Virus record (IMG/VR): IMGVR_UViG_3300014885_000008
Coordinates: 1-33,936 of that record
DNA: 33,936 bases
Direction: 5' to 3' (one strand)
Origin: a virus
Taxonomy: Duplodnaviria > Caudoviricetes
Shown: positions 8,171-17,526 of the stretch, piece by piece
Layout: each line of letters starts with the position of its first letter
How positions within the stretch are numbered: position 1 is the first letter of the stretch
Program-made: the position numbers and the translations under genes
Notes under the pieces: model-generated
Databases searched by the model: none
The model's input: only the letters and a program-made list of their open reading frames with translations
Told to the model about the DNA's origin: nothing

Positions 8171-8262
8171 TTAACCGAGCGTGTCCACCAATGATGGACG
8201 CGCCGAGGTACAAAACCCTTACAGTTAGTGTAAGGTTTCTGCCCCCGGCGCCGCTCGTTTAA
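8171..8262 (-). other. Structured intergenic RNA element (three-way junction with ~22 bp imperfect stem)
   Basis: Closing stem TTAAACGAGCG/CGCTCGGTTAA, long stem CGCCGGGGGCAGAAACCTTACA/TGTAAGGGTTTTGTACCTCGGCG, small GTCCA/TGGAC hairpin; G-U pairs on the minus strand. Confidence 0.6.
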
Positions 8263-8592
8263 CTATGCCAATTTTGCTTTGCCCCAGACTAGAACGTCGA
8301 TGACGCAGGTATCTGAATCAAGGTCGAAGCTCCCGCCTTGGCCGATGGTAAGCACATTGCCATCTACGGCCGCGGTCAAACCCACGTTGGTCCTTACGGC
8401 CCCCGAAGATTGTGTCCGCACCGTCAGTCCGACAATGCCTTGGATTGATTTTAGCTGAGTGAAGGTGATGACCGCTTCGGTTTCTGTTGCCGCAACTACG
8501 ACCGTCGCCGCTGCAAGCAGCGAGAACGATCCGATTACAGGCAACAGGTCTGGGCGGCTCTCGCCATCAAAGCCCTGAATTGTTACGGCCAT
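8263..8592 (-). CDS. Probable capsid decoration / minor head protein
   Basis: 109 aa beta-rich ORF immediately after MCP. Confidence 0.55.
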   Translation of the reverse strand: MAVTIQGFDGESRPDLLPVIGSFSLLAAATVVVAATETEAVITFTQLKSIQGIVGLTVRTQSSGAVRTNVGLTAAVDGNVLTIGQGGSFDLDSDTCVIDVLVWGKAKLA

Positions 8593-8594
8593 AT

Positions 8595-9659
8595 CTATGC
8601 ATCCGCAACAGCCGAACTAAACACATGGACAATTCCGTTGTCCTCGGGAGTAGAGCGGTTGAAAACCAGCTTCGAGATTCCGCGGATTTCGCTGATCTCA
8701 TAAATGCGATCATGATGCACGTCTTCGTCATCTTCCGCAAACTTCGAGCGTTGAGCCCAACATACCGCGGCAGCTTGCGCGCCGAGGAAGAGGTTATGGG
8801 CAACGTCGATCGAGCTAGCCCCCGCACCCACTTCCAACGGTAGACGATCGTACTCATAAATGAGCACGCCATCATGACTGCCCTTGAAGGCAGACCCGGT
8901 GAAATAAGGGCTCGAAGACATGGCGCCGTCCGGCGTCAGGTTCAACTTTTTGTTCTGCCACGAAGCATCGTGATCCATCAAATCGCGGATCGCGTAAGTC
9001 TGCCCCATGAAAGTAAACCACTCTTCTTGATTCTTGCCGACTACGACACGAACCGGGCGGATCTTCGCGGAAGCATTGACCGGAATCAGCGCTTTGCGTT
9101 TCGCCTTCGAGATCATGGCCGTAGTGAGCAGGTCGGCCGTCGCGTCCACGTTAGCGAGAGCGGTAGCGTGGGTGGCGTTCCAATTGCTGTCCAAGGCGCC
9201 ATAGAGATAGCGACCTTGCACGCGGCCCGAAGCAACAGACACGAGAGCGTCCGTCACGTCATCGTCAAAATCGAAAGCAACCTCGTCTTCAAGGGCTTGC
9301 TTTGCTTGCACGAGAACGTCGAACTTCACGCGCTGATTGCTCAACGCCACGTTAACCATTTTCACCAACCGTCGATACATATCGACAACGATGTTCTGGT
9401 TGTAGAAGGTCAAGGTGCCTTCGTTGCCGGCGCCCTTTGCGGCACCATCAACGCGGCCACCAATCAAGCGACCACGCAGGCCGATGGTGATGCTATCACC
9501 AGCTTCCTTGGTTAGCGCTTCTTTGATTTGGATTATTGAATCTGAGCCCGTGGAGCTAAAAAGCTTCCAGCGAGTATGGCCCAGGTATTCTTTGAAAATC
9601 GAATTTTCCCACTGAGTAACGGTCAGGCCGTTAGAGTGGAGCACTTCAACATAAGACAC
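8595..9659 (-). CDS. Major capsid protein (N4-gp56 / DUF4043 type)
   Basis: L.KEAGDSITIGL...L.G..V.G....GNE..L.FY motif, LFLGAQA, GI.K..FN; GGAGG RBS with GTG start. Confidence 0.92.
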   Translation of the reverse strand: MSYVEVLHSNGLTVTQWENSIFKEYLGHTRWKLFSSTGSDSIIQIKEALTKEAGDSITIGLRGRLIGGRVDGAAKGAGNEGTLTFYNQNIVVDMYRRLVKMVNVALSNQRVKFDVLVQAKQALEDEVAFDFDDDVTDALVSVASGRVQGRYLYGALDSNWNATHATALANVDATADLLTTAMISKAKRKALIPVNASAKIRPVRVVVGKNQEEWFTFMGQTYAIRDLMDHDASWQNKKLNLTPDGAMSSSPYFTGSAFKGSHDGVLIYEYDRLPLEVGAGASSIDVAHNLFLGAQAAAVCWAQRSKFAEDDEDVHHDRIYEISEIRGISKLVFNRSTPEDNGIVHVFSSAVADA

Positions 9660-9675
9660 TTATAGAAACCTCCGG

Positions 9676-10626
9676 TTATTTGTGTGAGAAGATATCGTCA
9701 AGTGACGGCATTCTTTCTTCCTTGCTTTCATCGCCGCCCTTCTCCCCGCCCATGTTCGATAATGTGGTGGGGGTGTCCGCTTTCTTGCCTTTACCGACCC
9801 GGATCTCCTCAAGGATTTCTTTCCGCAAAGTTGCCCGTAAGTTCTTTTCGGCCGCCGCTGTTATGTTCTTTTCCCACTCTCCCGGCGTCACTCCAAACTT
9901 TTCTTGGAAGTGATATCGCTCCATGATGCTAAGCGCTTCATGAATAGGAGAATTGGAATTCCTAACCGCCATCTGAACAGCGTCGTTGTCGTTGAATAGT
10001 TGATGAAACTCATTGAGCGTCGTTGTTACTTTCGCTTCACCATGCTCTCGCACGGCGCTTTCTCGCGACGCGGCGATCTTTCCAATTAGCACCCCATGGG
10101 CCGCTACGGCCTCTGGTTTATAGGGGGCATTCTCGGACGCTTCGTCGTCATCGGTCCACGTGCCATCAACTTTTTTCTGTAGAACTTCCAACTGCCGCGC
10201 TTGCTGTTGCGCGATCTGTCGCAATTGGGTGTTTTGCTGATTTACATCTTGAGCCCATTTAGCCGTGTCCTCGAACCGCTTCTTGAAGGCTTCTTGGTCC
10301 TTCTTCTGCTCGTCCGTGACCACTGGCTCTTTGGGTTTTGCCTTGTCGGCTTCAGCTTTTTCGGCCGCTACCTTATCAGTGGCGACCTTCTCCTCCGCGG
10401 CTTTCGCGGCCTTCTCATCTTCGGAGGGTTCTGCAACCTTTTCGGACTCGTCGCTCGCCTTGGAAGGCGAGGAAGACTTTTCCTCGGGAGTAGCAGCCGG
10501 TTTCTCCTCTACTATGGGCGTTTCTTTTTCAGCAGCAGTGGAAGGGGCAGGAGACTGCTCCGCACCGCCGCTAAAAATACTATCCAAGCTCGGGGTACTA
10601 TCCGCAACAACTTTTTCGTCTGACAT
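9676..10626 (-). CDS. Capsid scaffolding protein
   Basis: Acidic low-complexity N-terminus, coiled coil, position between portal and MCP. Confidence 0.8.
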   Translation of the reverse strand: MSDEKVVADSTPSLDSIFSGGAEQSPAPSTAAEKETPIVEEKPAATPEEKSSSPSKASDESEKVAEPSEDEKAAKAAEEKVATDKVAAEKAEADKAKPKEPVVTDEQKKDQEAFKKRFEDTAKWAQDVNQQNTQLRQIAQQQARQLEVLQKKVDGTWTDDDEASENAPYKPEAVAAHGVLIGKIAASRESAVREHGEAKVTTTLNEFHQLFNDNDAVQMAVRNSNSPIHEALSIMERYHFQEKFGVTPGEWEKNITAAAEKNLRATLRKEILEEIRVGKGKKADTPTTLSNMGGEKGGDESKEERMPSLDDIFSHK

Positions 10627-10681
10627 TTTGTCCTTTCACTCTGGGGAAGAGTTCGCCCGAAGGCGAATCGCCCAAAGCGGT

Positions 10682-10879
10682 TTATTTTCGACCCATATCG
10701 AAATATTTTGTGTTTTTGACCTTCACAATTCGTTGCCGCTTGGCAGGATCGTCGATAACGTCCAGCGCAATGTTAACTTTTGTGTTTAGGCCGCGCTTTT
10801 TGAACTCGTCGGCCATGACTTGCGTCACAGTTTGTGAGTTTCTGAGTTTATCATGTCCAATTCGAAATTCCTTTGCCAC
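10682..10879 (-). CDS. Hypothetical protein
   Basis: GTG at 10879 overlaps upstream TAG (TAGTG); basic 65 aa product. Confidence 0.55.
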   Translation of the reverse strand: MAKEFRIGHDKLRNSQTVTQVMADEFKKRGLNTKVNIALDVIDDPAKRQRIVKVKNTKYFDMGRK

Positions 10880-11097
10880 TAAGCGCCTTCTTTCTGAATA
10901 CAAAACGGAGAAATCTTATAAGGCACGCCCATGGCATTCAGAAACTCCAACATTTCTTGTCGATCGGCAGAACATGCCTCCCGACTTTGAAAAGGACCGA
11001 CCGAGGTGTCCACTACGACGCCCGCGACCTGCCCATGGGGTATCTGGACATTGAAAAACCACCCGATAAAAAATAAACTCACTAGAAACTGTTTCAC
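10879..11097 (-). CDS. Hypothetical protein (possible signal peptide, GPF.S...C motif)
   Basis: GTGA overlap with portal stop; hydrophobic N-terminus. Confidence 0.55.
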   Translation of the reverse strand: MKQFLVSLFFIGWFFNVQIPHGQVAGVVVDTSVGPFQSREACSADRQEMLEFLNAMGVPYKISPFCIQKEGA

Positions 11098-13082
11098 GTT
11101 TGACCCTCCGTTCTTTTTACTTTACGATCGGCTTCCTTGGCGTCTGCATCCATGATTGCCTTGGACAATTCCACGGAGGCTTTTATTTCCCCGGACGCCG
11201 GGGTACCCGCAGCCTCCACTTGGGCCGCCAGTTCCTCGTTGCCCATGCTACGATAGAAGAAAGCACGCTCGATAGGAGGTAACTCGTTGATGTTTGCCTG
11301 CACGCTTATGCGTGGCTGCACAGGAGGCGGGCCGCTTTGTGCATCGAGGTCCGCGACAAGCTGGTCCTTGTCTCGAAGATCGCTAGTTTGAATAGCCTTC
11401 TTGACCCAATACGGCCCGAGGGGCAGCAAGTTCGGTAGGTATTGCATGAACAACGCCCACTGCTCTTGTTGAACGCTAGAAGTGTCCACGAAATCATCCG
11501 CGGTCACGTCATAATTCATCTGCTTCACCTTCGCCATCTTGTCGGCCGTGATCGTTACAGCGCGTTCCGCCTTATCCGGCGCGTCCGTGACCATAAAAAC
11601 TTTTTCTTGCGTGTAGTAATTCTGAACCAAGTCTAAAAGCACCCGGCCGAGTATCTTCCGGGTGCGTTTTAGGTTGTCGAAAAGAGCGGCAATGGGCTTG
11701 TTAGCCTCGCTAAACTTTTTTTGTAATCCCGAGCCGCTCCTTATCTCTCCAGTTTGCTGATATGCGTTAGGGTTAATGCCGGTGATGGCATAAAACATTC
11801 CGATGGCCCCTTGGTGCATCTGCTGTTGGCCCTGCGAAAGCTCCAAGTTGTTGCGCAGAATCATTTTTTCCTGCGCTAAGGCTCCGTCTTCAACAATAGC
11901 CACGCCGTCCGGCTTGGCAATTTCTTCTTGATAGAGGCCAACCTCTTTGATGGCCCCTCGTTCCGCGATCGTCTGGTTGCTGTTGAGTAGATGCAGAGCT
12001 TTAGAGTCGCGTTTGTTGATTGCATCCTGCACCGAAAGTGCCAATGTGATGAGCGAATAAGGAGCCCCGTTCTTTTTGCGATAAGCAAAATACGGAACCA
12101 AGCTAAAATACTTGCGGTTGGTTTCCTTGTTCTCAATTAACGTGCCGGCAGCATACAGCGCAAAACAAATCTTGGGTTTTATCCGGTCGATTTTCTCGTA
12201 AGCTATCTGCGCTGCGTCCAACTGCTTTTTAACGTCCGCATTCCACTGCGCCTCGGGAATGATATCCCCGGAGGCCGTCAAATAGATGCACTCCCGGTTG
12301 TATTTCTTATACTGAACCTCGACCAGTCGCACCCGGCGACGCTTCTGGTCAACGTAGTGGTCATTTCGAAACTGCTCTACCTCAGCAAGTTGACCACCCG
12401 CGATAGCTCCGATCGTGGCATTCGTGACCAGGGTGTTGATGGCCGCCTTAGCCTTGGGGTATTTCTGCTCGGCTTCGTCTGCGTCCATCCACTTTGCGCG
12501 GCAAACATATTTTGCGTCTTCGTTCCAGTCGTAGCGCTTGGCATCGGGATCTGGAAACACGGCGAGGCTATCCTCAGACCGCACCACAATTTCAGGCTGC
12601 GACATATCGTCGAAGGTGACGAAGGCATCAAGGACCCCGAAGCCGCCCGTGAATCCGTCGCGAGCCATATCGCGTTCTTCAAACTCAAGGTCGTTGGCTT
12701 GACGAATGTAGAGAAAAATATCGGACAGTAGTTGCGCCGACTCATCATCTGCTTGGGCATTGCGGCCTCGGAAGCCTATGCGCACCTTCTGATCTACGAG
12801 TTCGCCCACTAGCTTATTAACTGTGACTGCAACGAGGTTGTTGACGGAATCTGGTTGCTTGCGCTCCTTCAAAACTTCTAACTCTGCGTCCGTCCACTGC
12901 CGGCCCTCAGAATACTCATGGCACTTCACCATGTCCTTGCGGGCAGATATCCAAGTCGGATGATCCAAGGAGTACATGAACATGTCGTCAAGCTTTCGAA
13001 CCAGCTTGGCATTTTCGATTATCGTCGCGTCGGTTTCGTCTTCCGTTTTTTCGTTCTGATTGTCGCTAGTATAATCGGCCAT
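11094..13082 (-). CDS. Portal protein (P22 gp1-like)
   Basis: Y..G.QW...E...L..R..P...N motif, D....G.G, DPDA...D..DA.Y, QDAINKR.SK; follows TerL. Confidence 0.93.
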   Translation of the reverse strand: MADYTSDNQNEKTEDETDATIIENAKLVRKLDDMFMYSLDHPTWISARKDMVKCHEYSEGRQWTDAELEVLKERKQPDSVNNLVAVTVNKLVGELVDQKVRIGFRGRNAQADDESAQLLSDIFLYIRQANDLEFEERDMARDGFTGGFGVLDAFVTFDDMSQPEIVVRSEDSLAVFPDPDAKRYDWNEDAKYVCRAKWMDADEAEQKYPKAKAAINTLVTNATIGAIAGGQLAEVEQFRNDHYVDQKRRRVRLVEVQYKKYNRECIYLTASGDIIPEAQWNADVKKQLDAAQIAYEKIDRIKPKICFALYAAGTLIENKETNRKYFSLVPYFAYRKKNGAPYSLITLALSVQDAINKRDSKALHLLNSNQTIAERGAIKEVGLYQEEIAKPDGVAIVEDGALAQEKMILRNNLELSQGQQQMHQGAIGMFYAITGINPNAYQQTGEIRSGSGLQKKFSEANKPIAALFDNLKRTRKILGRVLLDLVQNYYTQEKVFMVTDAPDKAERAVTITADKMAKVKQMNYDVTADDFVDTSSVQQEQWALFMQYLPNLLPLGPYWVKKAIQTSDLRDKDQLVADLDAQSGPPPVQPRISVQANINELPPIERAFFYRSMGNEELAAQVEAAGTPASGEIKASVELSKAIMDADAKEADRKVKRTEGQT

Positions 13083-14584
13083 TAAGTTGTTCTCCAGGTC
13101 CCCTCGTGTCTGCTTTTCTTTTTAGCTCTCTTAGCTTTCGCAACCTGAATCTTCCGTAAAAGATCCGAGGAGTAAATGCGGGTCATCATCAAAGCGTCCG
13201 CCCGGTTGGGGCTATCCACCCCGCGGGCTTTCATTTCTTTTTTGGTTTCGACTTTGATCTTTCCCGCGATCTCTTCATACCTAGGCGAATTGAGATCGCC
13301 CATAAGTAAGGAGTCGTTAGGGATGCTAAGCTGCCCGGCCTCAAACGCTTCACGTAGCCGCCACCACAGTTCGTCCCGCATTCTGTAAAAGCGATGGGGA
13401 TTGTATGCGGTCTGCGCCACGTTGACTTCTATGATATCGCAAAATTCGGACGGGATCTGCTCCCGTAAGTTGCCAAGGATCGCCCAACCTACACCGATAT
13501 TATCGACCAAGCAAACCTTTGGTTCGCCGGTCATGATGCTGCTAACAGCCCAATCAGTAAGAACTCTGCTGTCCTCAAAATTGGACACCTGAAGCTCCCC
13601 AACTCTCGGCCCCGTGAGCGGCAGGATGACGTTATCATCGCCGCCAGCACCTACGTCCATGGAATAAAGCAACTGGTCGTCGGCAAGCGGTTCGAGTTCT
13701 CTGTCAACAGCGGACTCGATTGAATCCCATGGTATGATTAAATTTTCGCCCGCGGTCGGCGGCAATCCCTTGACGCGAATTCTAAATGTGTTGGAGTCCC
13801 GGCCGTATTTCTTTTCCAAACGCGCGATAGAATCCTTTGTAACCAAAGGGCTCTCTTCGGCGTCCCACCGATACTGTAACCATGCGTCACGATCTTTATG
13901 GTGTGTGTCGATTGCAAACCCCTTCGAGCGGGTGGGGTTAAAGAACAAAAGACACAGGTTGCACTTTCGTGTAAGCGTAGACTCCAGCGGCCGGAATACT
14001 GGATCGGGTATACCCGAAGCCTCGTCAGCAATGATGAGCAAAAAGTCTTCATGTAAACCTGCTAAGGTTTCTGACTGCTCGTCCGGTGAATTTTTTGTGT
14101 TCGCTGTACGAACGGCCGCAAACCAGTTCTTGCCTTCATACTCTGTCAAGAAAAACTTATCGGAGTTGTGAGTGAACCAGTCTTTAAGTTCACAGTTTAT
14201 GTGCCACTTTGCAAGTTCGGCCCACAACGTAATCCCCATCTGCTTTGCACTAGGGGACGTTACAACCACTTTGGGATTCGGGAAGCAGGTCATGAACCAA
14301 ATTATTATCCAAGCGGCACAAGCACCCTTACCTGTACCGACGCCTGCCATGACAGATAGCCCGAACATCGTGTTCAGCTTCAGTTCACGCGCTGAGATTG
14401 CCCCAAACGGTTTTGTGCCTTTGGTAGTCCAGATATGGCACTTCAACTTGGCCCACACCATTTCACAAACGCCGTTGAGGTAAGCGATTTGCTGATCGCT
14501 AGGGGTCACGTGAAAAATCTGGCGGACGAACAATGGAATATCCATCCGCCAAATTTTCACTTGTTCGATTTCTGATGGAGGCAT
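13082..14584 (-). CDS. terL: Terminase large subunit
   Basis: Walker A AGVGTGKG, Walker B LIIADEASG, NPTR, nuclease MDVG and SPNRADALM. Confidence 0.95.
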   Translation of the reverse strand: MPPSEIEQVKIWRMDIPLFVRQIFHVTPSDQQIAYLNGVCEMVWAKLKCHIWTTKGTKPFGAISARELKLNTMFGLSVMAGVGTGKGACAAWIIIWFMTCFPNPKVVVTSPSAKQMGITLWAELAKWHINCELKDWFTHNSDKFFLTEYEGKNWFAAVRTANTKNSPDEQSETLAGLHEDFLLIIADEASGIPDPVFRPLESTLTRKCNLCLLFFNPTRSKGFAIDTHHKDRDAWLQYRWDAEESPLVTKDSIARLEKKYGRDSNTFRIRVKGLPPTAGENLIIPWDSIESAVDRELEPLADDQLLYSMDVGAGGDDNVILPLTGPRVGELQVSNFEDSRVLTDWAVSSIMTGEPKVCLVDNIGVGWAILGNLREQIPSEFCDIIEVNVAQTAYNPHRFYRMRDELWWRLREAFEAGQLSIPNDSLLMGDLNSPRYEEIAGKIKVETKKEMKARGVDSPNRADALMMTRIYSSDLLRKIQVAKAKRAKKKSRHEGTWRTT

Positions 14585-14595
14585 GCGGCCCCTTT

Positions 14596-14913
14596 CTAGT
14601 TGCGCTTTGTTTCAGAATAATAAATGTAAAGCGTCCCGTCATCAATGGTCGGGACAATGAGCCCGTCCAACGGAACCTTGCTTGGAAACGTCGCGTGCGC
14701 AGCCCGAATTGTATTTGCCGCAGTGCCAGTGTCGCCAACGTTGTCGTGAAAAAACACAACTCCGTGTCGATTTTGCACAATCAGTTCATCACCCGTCGCA
14801 ACATCATCACTCGGAACCCATCGGATCGCCGTGACCCAAAGCAGCCGCGTAGTAAGTATGGTGGCAGCAGCCGTGTCAACTTTTATTGGGTTGCTAGTTA
14901 GGTCGTTAGCCAT
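14596..14913 (-). CDS. Hypothetical (probable virion) protein
   Basis: MANDLTSNPIKVDT... beta-rich; GGAG RBS. Confidence 0.6.
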   Translation of the reverse strand: MANDLTSNPIKVDTAAATILTTRLLWVTAIRWVPSDDVATGDELIVQNRHGVVFFHDNVGDTGTAANTIRAAHATFPSKVPLDGLIVPTIDDGTLYIYYSETKRN

Positions 14914-15121
14914 TCCGTTTCTCCTTGCCCTTGGGCAGAATCATGTTCAAGATATCGTCGTGGCGCCATGCGCCAATTTCAATTTTGTTTTTCTTCGGCA
15001 CCAAGAGCAAGATATGCTCAAGACCACAATCACAACACTTGATAGTCCAGACGGCCCGTCCCTTGTCCAACTTCAGAATAATTTTTTCTCCGGGCTTGAC
15101 CTTGTGGTATTGAGACTTCAT
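14906..15121 (-). CDS. Small Zn-ribbon-like protein
   Basis: CCDCGLEH motif; AAGGA RBS. Confidence 0.6.
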   Translation of the reverse strand: MKSQYHKVKPGEKIILKLDKGRAVWTIKCCDCGLEHILLLVPKKNKIEIGAWRHDDILNMILPKGKEKRNG

Positions 15122-15180
15122 GCTTTATCCTTCGCTAAGCGGGGCCGCGGGAATCCCCACGGCCGCCGCCCATTAGAAAT

Positions 15181-15372
15181 TTACGCAGCGGGGGTAGGAG
15201 CCGGCGTATTCGGCACCGCATAAATGGCTATCCAAGTAAGCAGCATCATGACGCCGTTAACTACACCGTCCACCGTTTCGTTGGGGATCTCGAACCCGAA
15301 GGCTTCTTTGCTAAAAATAGCAATGAGGCCGATCGCGGCCGCTATCGACTTTGCATAAGCATTCATTTTCAT
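15181..15372 (-). CDS. Putative holin (2 TM segments)
   Basis: Two hydrophobic helices, YAK...A N-terminus, YAVPN C-terminus, dual Met start MKM; AAGGAG RBS. Confidence 0.6.
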   Translation of the reverse strand: MKMNAYAKSIAAAIGLIAIFSKEAFGFEIPNETVDGVVNGVMMLLTWIAIYAVPNTPAPTPAA

Positions 15373-15379
15373 TTCTCCT

Positions 15380-15538
15380 TTAGGGAAGCACTACGCCGAC
15401 TTCAGCGAGTAGCTCGTCCGGGGTTTTCGCCTTCAGGTCGGCCAAGGTAATTTCGGTTTTGCCCGACATTTCCATGTACCAAATCACGGCGTCCTTAATA
15501 AACGGAACAACAATTCCGATGATTGCAGCAGCACCCAT
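15380..15538 (-). CDS. Small hypothetical protein (52 aa, not in ORF track)
   Basis: MGAAAIIGIVVPFIKDAVIWY...; AAGGAG RBS; fills the gap exactly. Confidence 0.6.
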   Translation of the reverse strand: MGAAAIIGIVVPFIKDAVIWYMEMSGKTEITLADLKAKTPDELLAEVGVVLP

Positions 15539-15539
15539 T

Positions 15540-15926
15540 TTAGTTCGCTCCTTGCGCCGAGAACACGGCGACCATGTTAACTAGAACGTCAAGCAACGCG
15601 CCGAGTTGTTCGATTCGCACGTCGCCTTCCTTAATGCCGGCAATGTCGTGGATTGTGGAAAGCTCAGTGTAGGCCGTATAAAACTTGTTCGCCTCATCCC
15701 GAAACCGTCGAATCTGGGTTTCAGAGATTTGCTTGGCAACATATAAGCGACCCGCGGTTTTTACGGACGCTTCATAAGTGTCTTTGAGGGTTTTTAGGCT
15801 GGCGCCCACGGGATCGCTCTGGAAAATTCCTTGGACGGCCGCGCAACCGGGCAGTGTAACTACTAAGCCCGTCACGGGCATGGCTAGCGTAGCCGCCAGC
15901 ACAACACTTCGAAATAGTTTCTTCAT
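15540..15926 (-). CDS. Putative lipoprotein (possible spanin-like lysis accessory)
   Basis: MKK + hydrophobic stretch + LPGC lipobox-like site; helical mature part; adjacent to holin-like gene. Confidence 0.55.
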   Translation of the reverse strand: MKKLFRSVVLAATLAMPVTGLVVTLPGCAAVQGIFQSDPVGASLKTLKDTYEASVKTAGRLYVAKQISETQIRRFRDEANKFYTAYTELSTIHDIAGIKEGDVRIEQLGALLDVLVNMVAVFSAQGAN

Positions 15927-16345
15927 TAATCCTCCAAATCTTTATTGGCCTCTTTGATGATGCGGGCCAACGTCGCAATGTTCTGGGTCGATTTTCCCTG
16001 AATCAGCCGGCGCTGTTGGAATGTCCGGTCCATCAGGGCGATGCTCTCGATCATATTTGCCTTCGGGGCAAGATCGTGTAGGCGCTGTCGGGCTTTCACA
16101 GTGAGTACCGCGAGGTCGTTGATCTCGCCTTCCATCACGCGATCTATGTCCGCTTGAATGTCCGGTTGATTGTAGGCGTCTTGATCCTTCAGATATTTTG
16201 CTACGGTGTGGTTGTCAATGCCGGTGCGCTTGGACACAGCATAATTACTGTTGCCCATGGCCTTCAGTGCGAGCACGTCCACGATTTCTTTTTTGTTCAG
16301 CTTCTTCCGGCTTCGACGGCCCCTTGTTACAGCGGGCTTCTTCAT
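15926..16345 (-). CDS. HTH protein, putative terminase small subunit
   Basis: Basic N-terminus, HTH (GNSNYAVSKRTGIDNHTVAKYL), helical C-terminus; first gene of the late arm. Confidence 0.6.
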   Translation of the reverse strand: MKKPAVTRGRRSRKKLNKKEIVDVLALKAMGNSNYAVSKRTGIDNHTVAKYLKDQDAYNQPDIQADIDRVMEGEINDLAVLTVKARQRLHDLAPKANMIESIALMDRTFQQRRLIQGKSTQNIATLARIIKEANKDLED

Positions 16346-16554
16346 CGCCCTACCTCAGACATTGGCGTCACCTCCTGCATACCTACCCTCAGTTGCCAAT
16401 GGTTTCTTAAAATGCCGACACCGCACTCGCGGCCGTAAGTGCGCGGCCCCACGAAGTTTCTTTTTATTTTTTATGTCTGTTAAACGGCAGATATATAGGT
16501 ATAAGCGTCTCAGTCCCCCGGTACCCCGTACCTACCCCGGCGCCATCGGAAACG

Positions 16555-16586
16555 AGGTCAAGGGCGAACAAGGTCAAGGCGCGAAC
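16555..16586. repeat. Imperfect tandem repeat AGGTCAAGG(C)GCGAAC x2
   Basis: AGGTCAAGGGCGAAC at 16555 and AGGTCAAGGCGCGAAC at 16571. Confidence 0.7.
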
Positions 16587-16824
16587 TAAATTTAATTGAA
16601 TCACCATACTATTCACTAGGTTATGATACGTGCATGGGTCCTTATACCTCGTATGGGATAGACCTATGCCGTGCGTTCAAGCTCCGATCGTAGCAGCGCA
16701 AGCGCTATCCTGCGCGATGGTACCGCGGCGCCGGCCTAGGGCTCATTGCCTTTTGTTACTCGGGGATTAGTCAAGGCGCTGCTACTCTAGCGTGTCATGT
16801 TGTCACATACAATATGGGACGGTA

Positions 16825-16853
16825 TTGACAAAGCTTGAACGAATCCTTAGTAT
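16825..16853 (+). promoter_or_regulatory. sigma70-type early promoter
   Basis: TTGACA-17 bp-TAGTAT. Confidence 0.8.
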
Positions 16854-16953
16854 AGAATTCAATGAATTCAAGCGCTGATACTTGGCATTGACATTGCTAC
16901 CTTGTAACAGTGCAAGCTCAGAATATTAACGCAGTAAATAGGAGGAAAAGAAA

Positions 16954-17103
16954 ATGGAATATACCATGATGACTGTATCGCCGATCGTTGCAATCTTTGC
17001 GGGTTTATGGTACGGGTTTGGCGCCGTGATTAGTTTCCGCGGGTTACGCGCGAAACCGATGACTGCAAGCCGTGCTCGCGAATTGACACGGAAGAGCTTA
17101 TAG
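16954..17103 (+). CDS. Small membrane protein (49 aa, not in ORF track)
   Basis: GGAGG RBS; MEYTMMTVSPIVAIFAGLWYGFGAVISFRG...; first ORF after promoter. Confidence 0.65.
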   Translation: MEYTMMTVSPIVAIFAGLWYGFGAVISFRGLRAKPMTASRARELTRKSL

Positions 17104-17117
17104 GATAAGGTGACAAC

Positions 17118-17525
17118 ATGAATCGAAAACAAAGCTTTGTACCTTGGAACGTTTTAATCTTATCAACGGGCGAAACGATAGAAAAGGAAACCACCATGCA
17201 CAAGCTTGAATTAGCAGACCTACACAACAGACGGGGGAATATTACCACCGTGTCGAATAGGGCGAAAGCCAATAACTACCCCTTGCTAACATGGCCAGAA
17301 GATAAAGAGCTTTTACGGGTTTCCGATCTTCCAACAATCAATGGAAACCCTAACGTTCCCCCGGCATGGGAGAGCTTTCGCTCAGAGTCTAGTTTTTTTG
17401 TTTCGAATGATTGTGATCTTCGAAACAAGATCCGAGTAGGTCGCGCCTACTATCGAAATACTTCAATACAGCATTTAGTAGGCTATTTGATCGTTGAAGG
17501 GCTTTTCACTCGGGGGGATAAGTAA
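17118..17525 (+). CDS. Hypothetical early protein
   Basis: ORF in early operon; alternative start at 17196 (AAGGA RBS). Confidence 0.55.
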   Translation: MNRKQSFVPWNVLILSTGETIEKETTMHKLELADLHNRRGNITTVSNRAKANNYPLLTWPEDKELLRVSDLPTINGNPNVPPAWESFRSESSFFVSNDCDLRNKIRVGRAYYRNTSIQHLVGYLIVEGLFTRGDK

Positions 17526-17526
17526 C

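Noticed and set aside
8145-8213. Upstream TTG start for ORF 7371-8213
   Set aside because: Lies within the structured intergenic element; ATG 8144 has a perfect AAGGAGG RBS
8874-10789. Long plus-strand ORFs opposite MCP and scaffold (8874-9515, 10201-10623, 10265-10789)
   Set aside because: Antisense shadows of strongly biased coding sequence; no RBS or recognisable motifs
16888-16916. Second TTGACA in the early promoter region
   Set aside because: No credible -10 hexamer at 16-18 bp spacing
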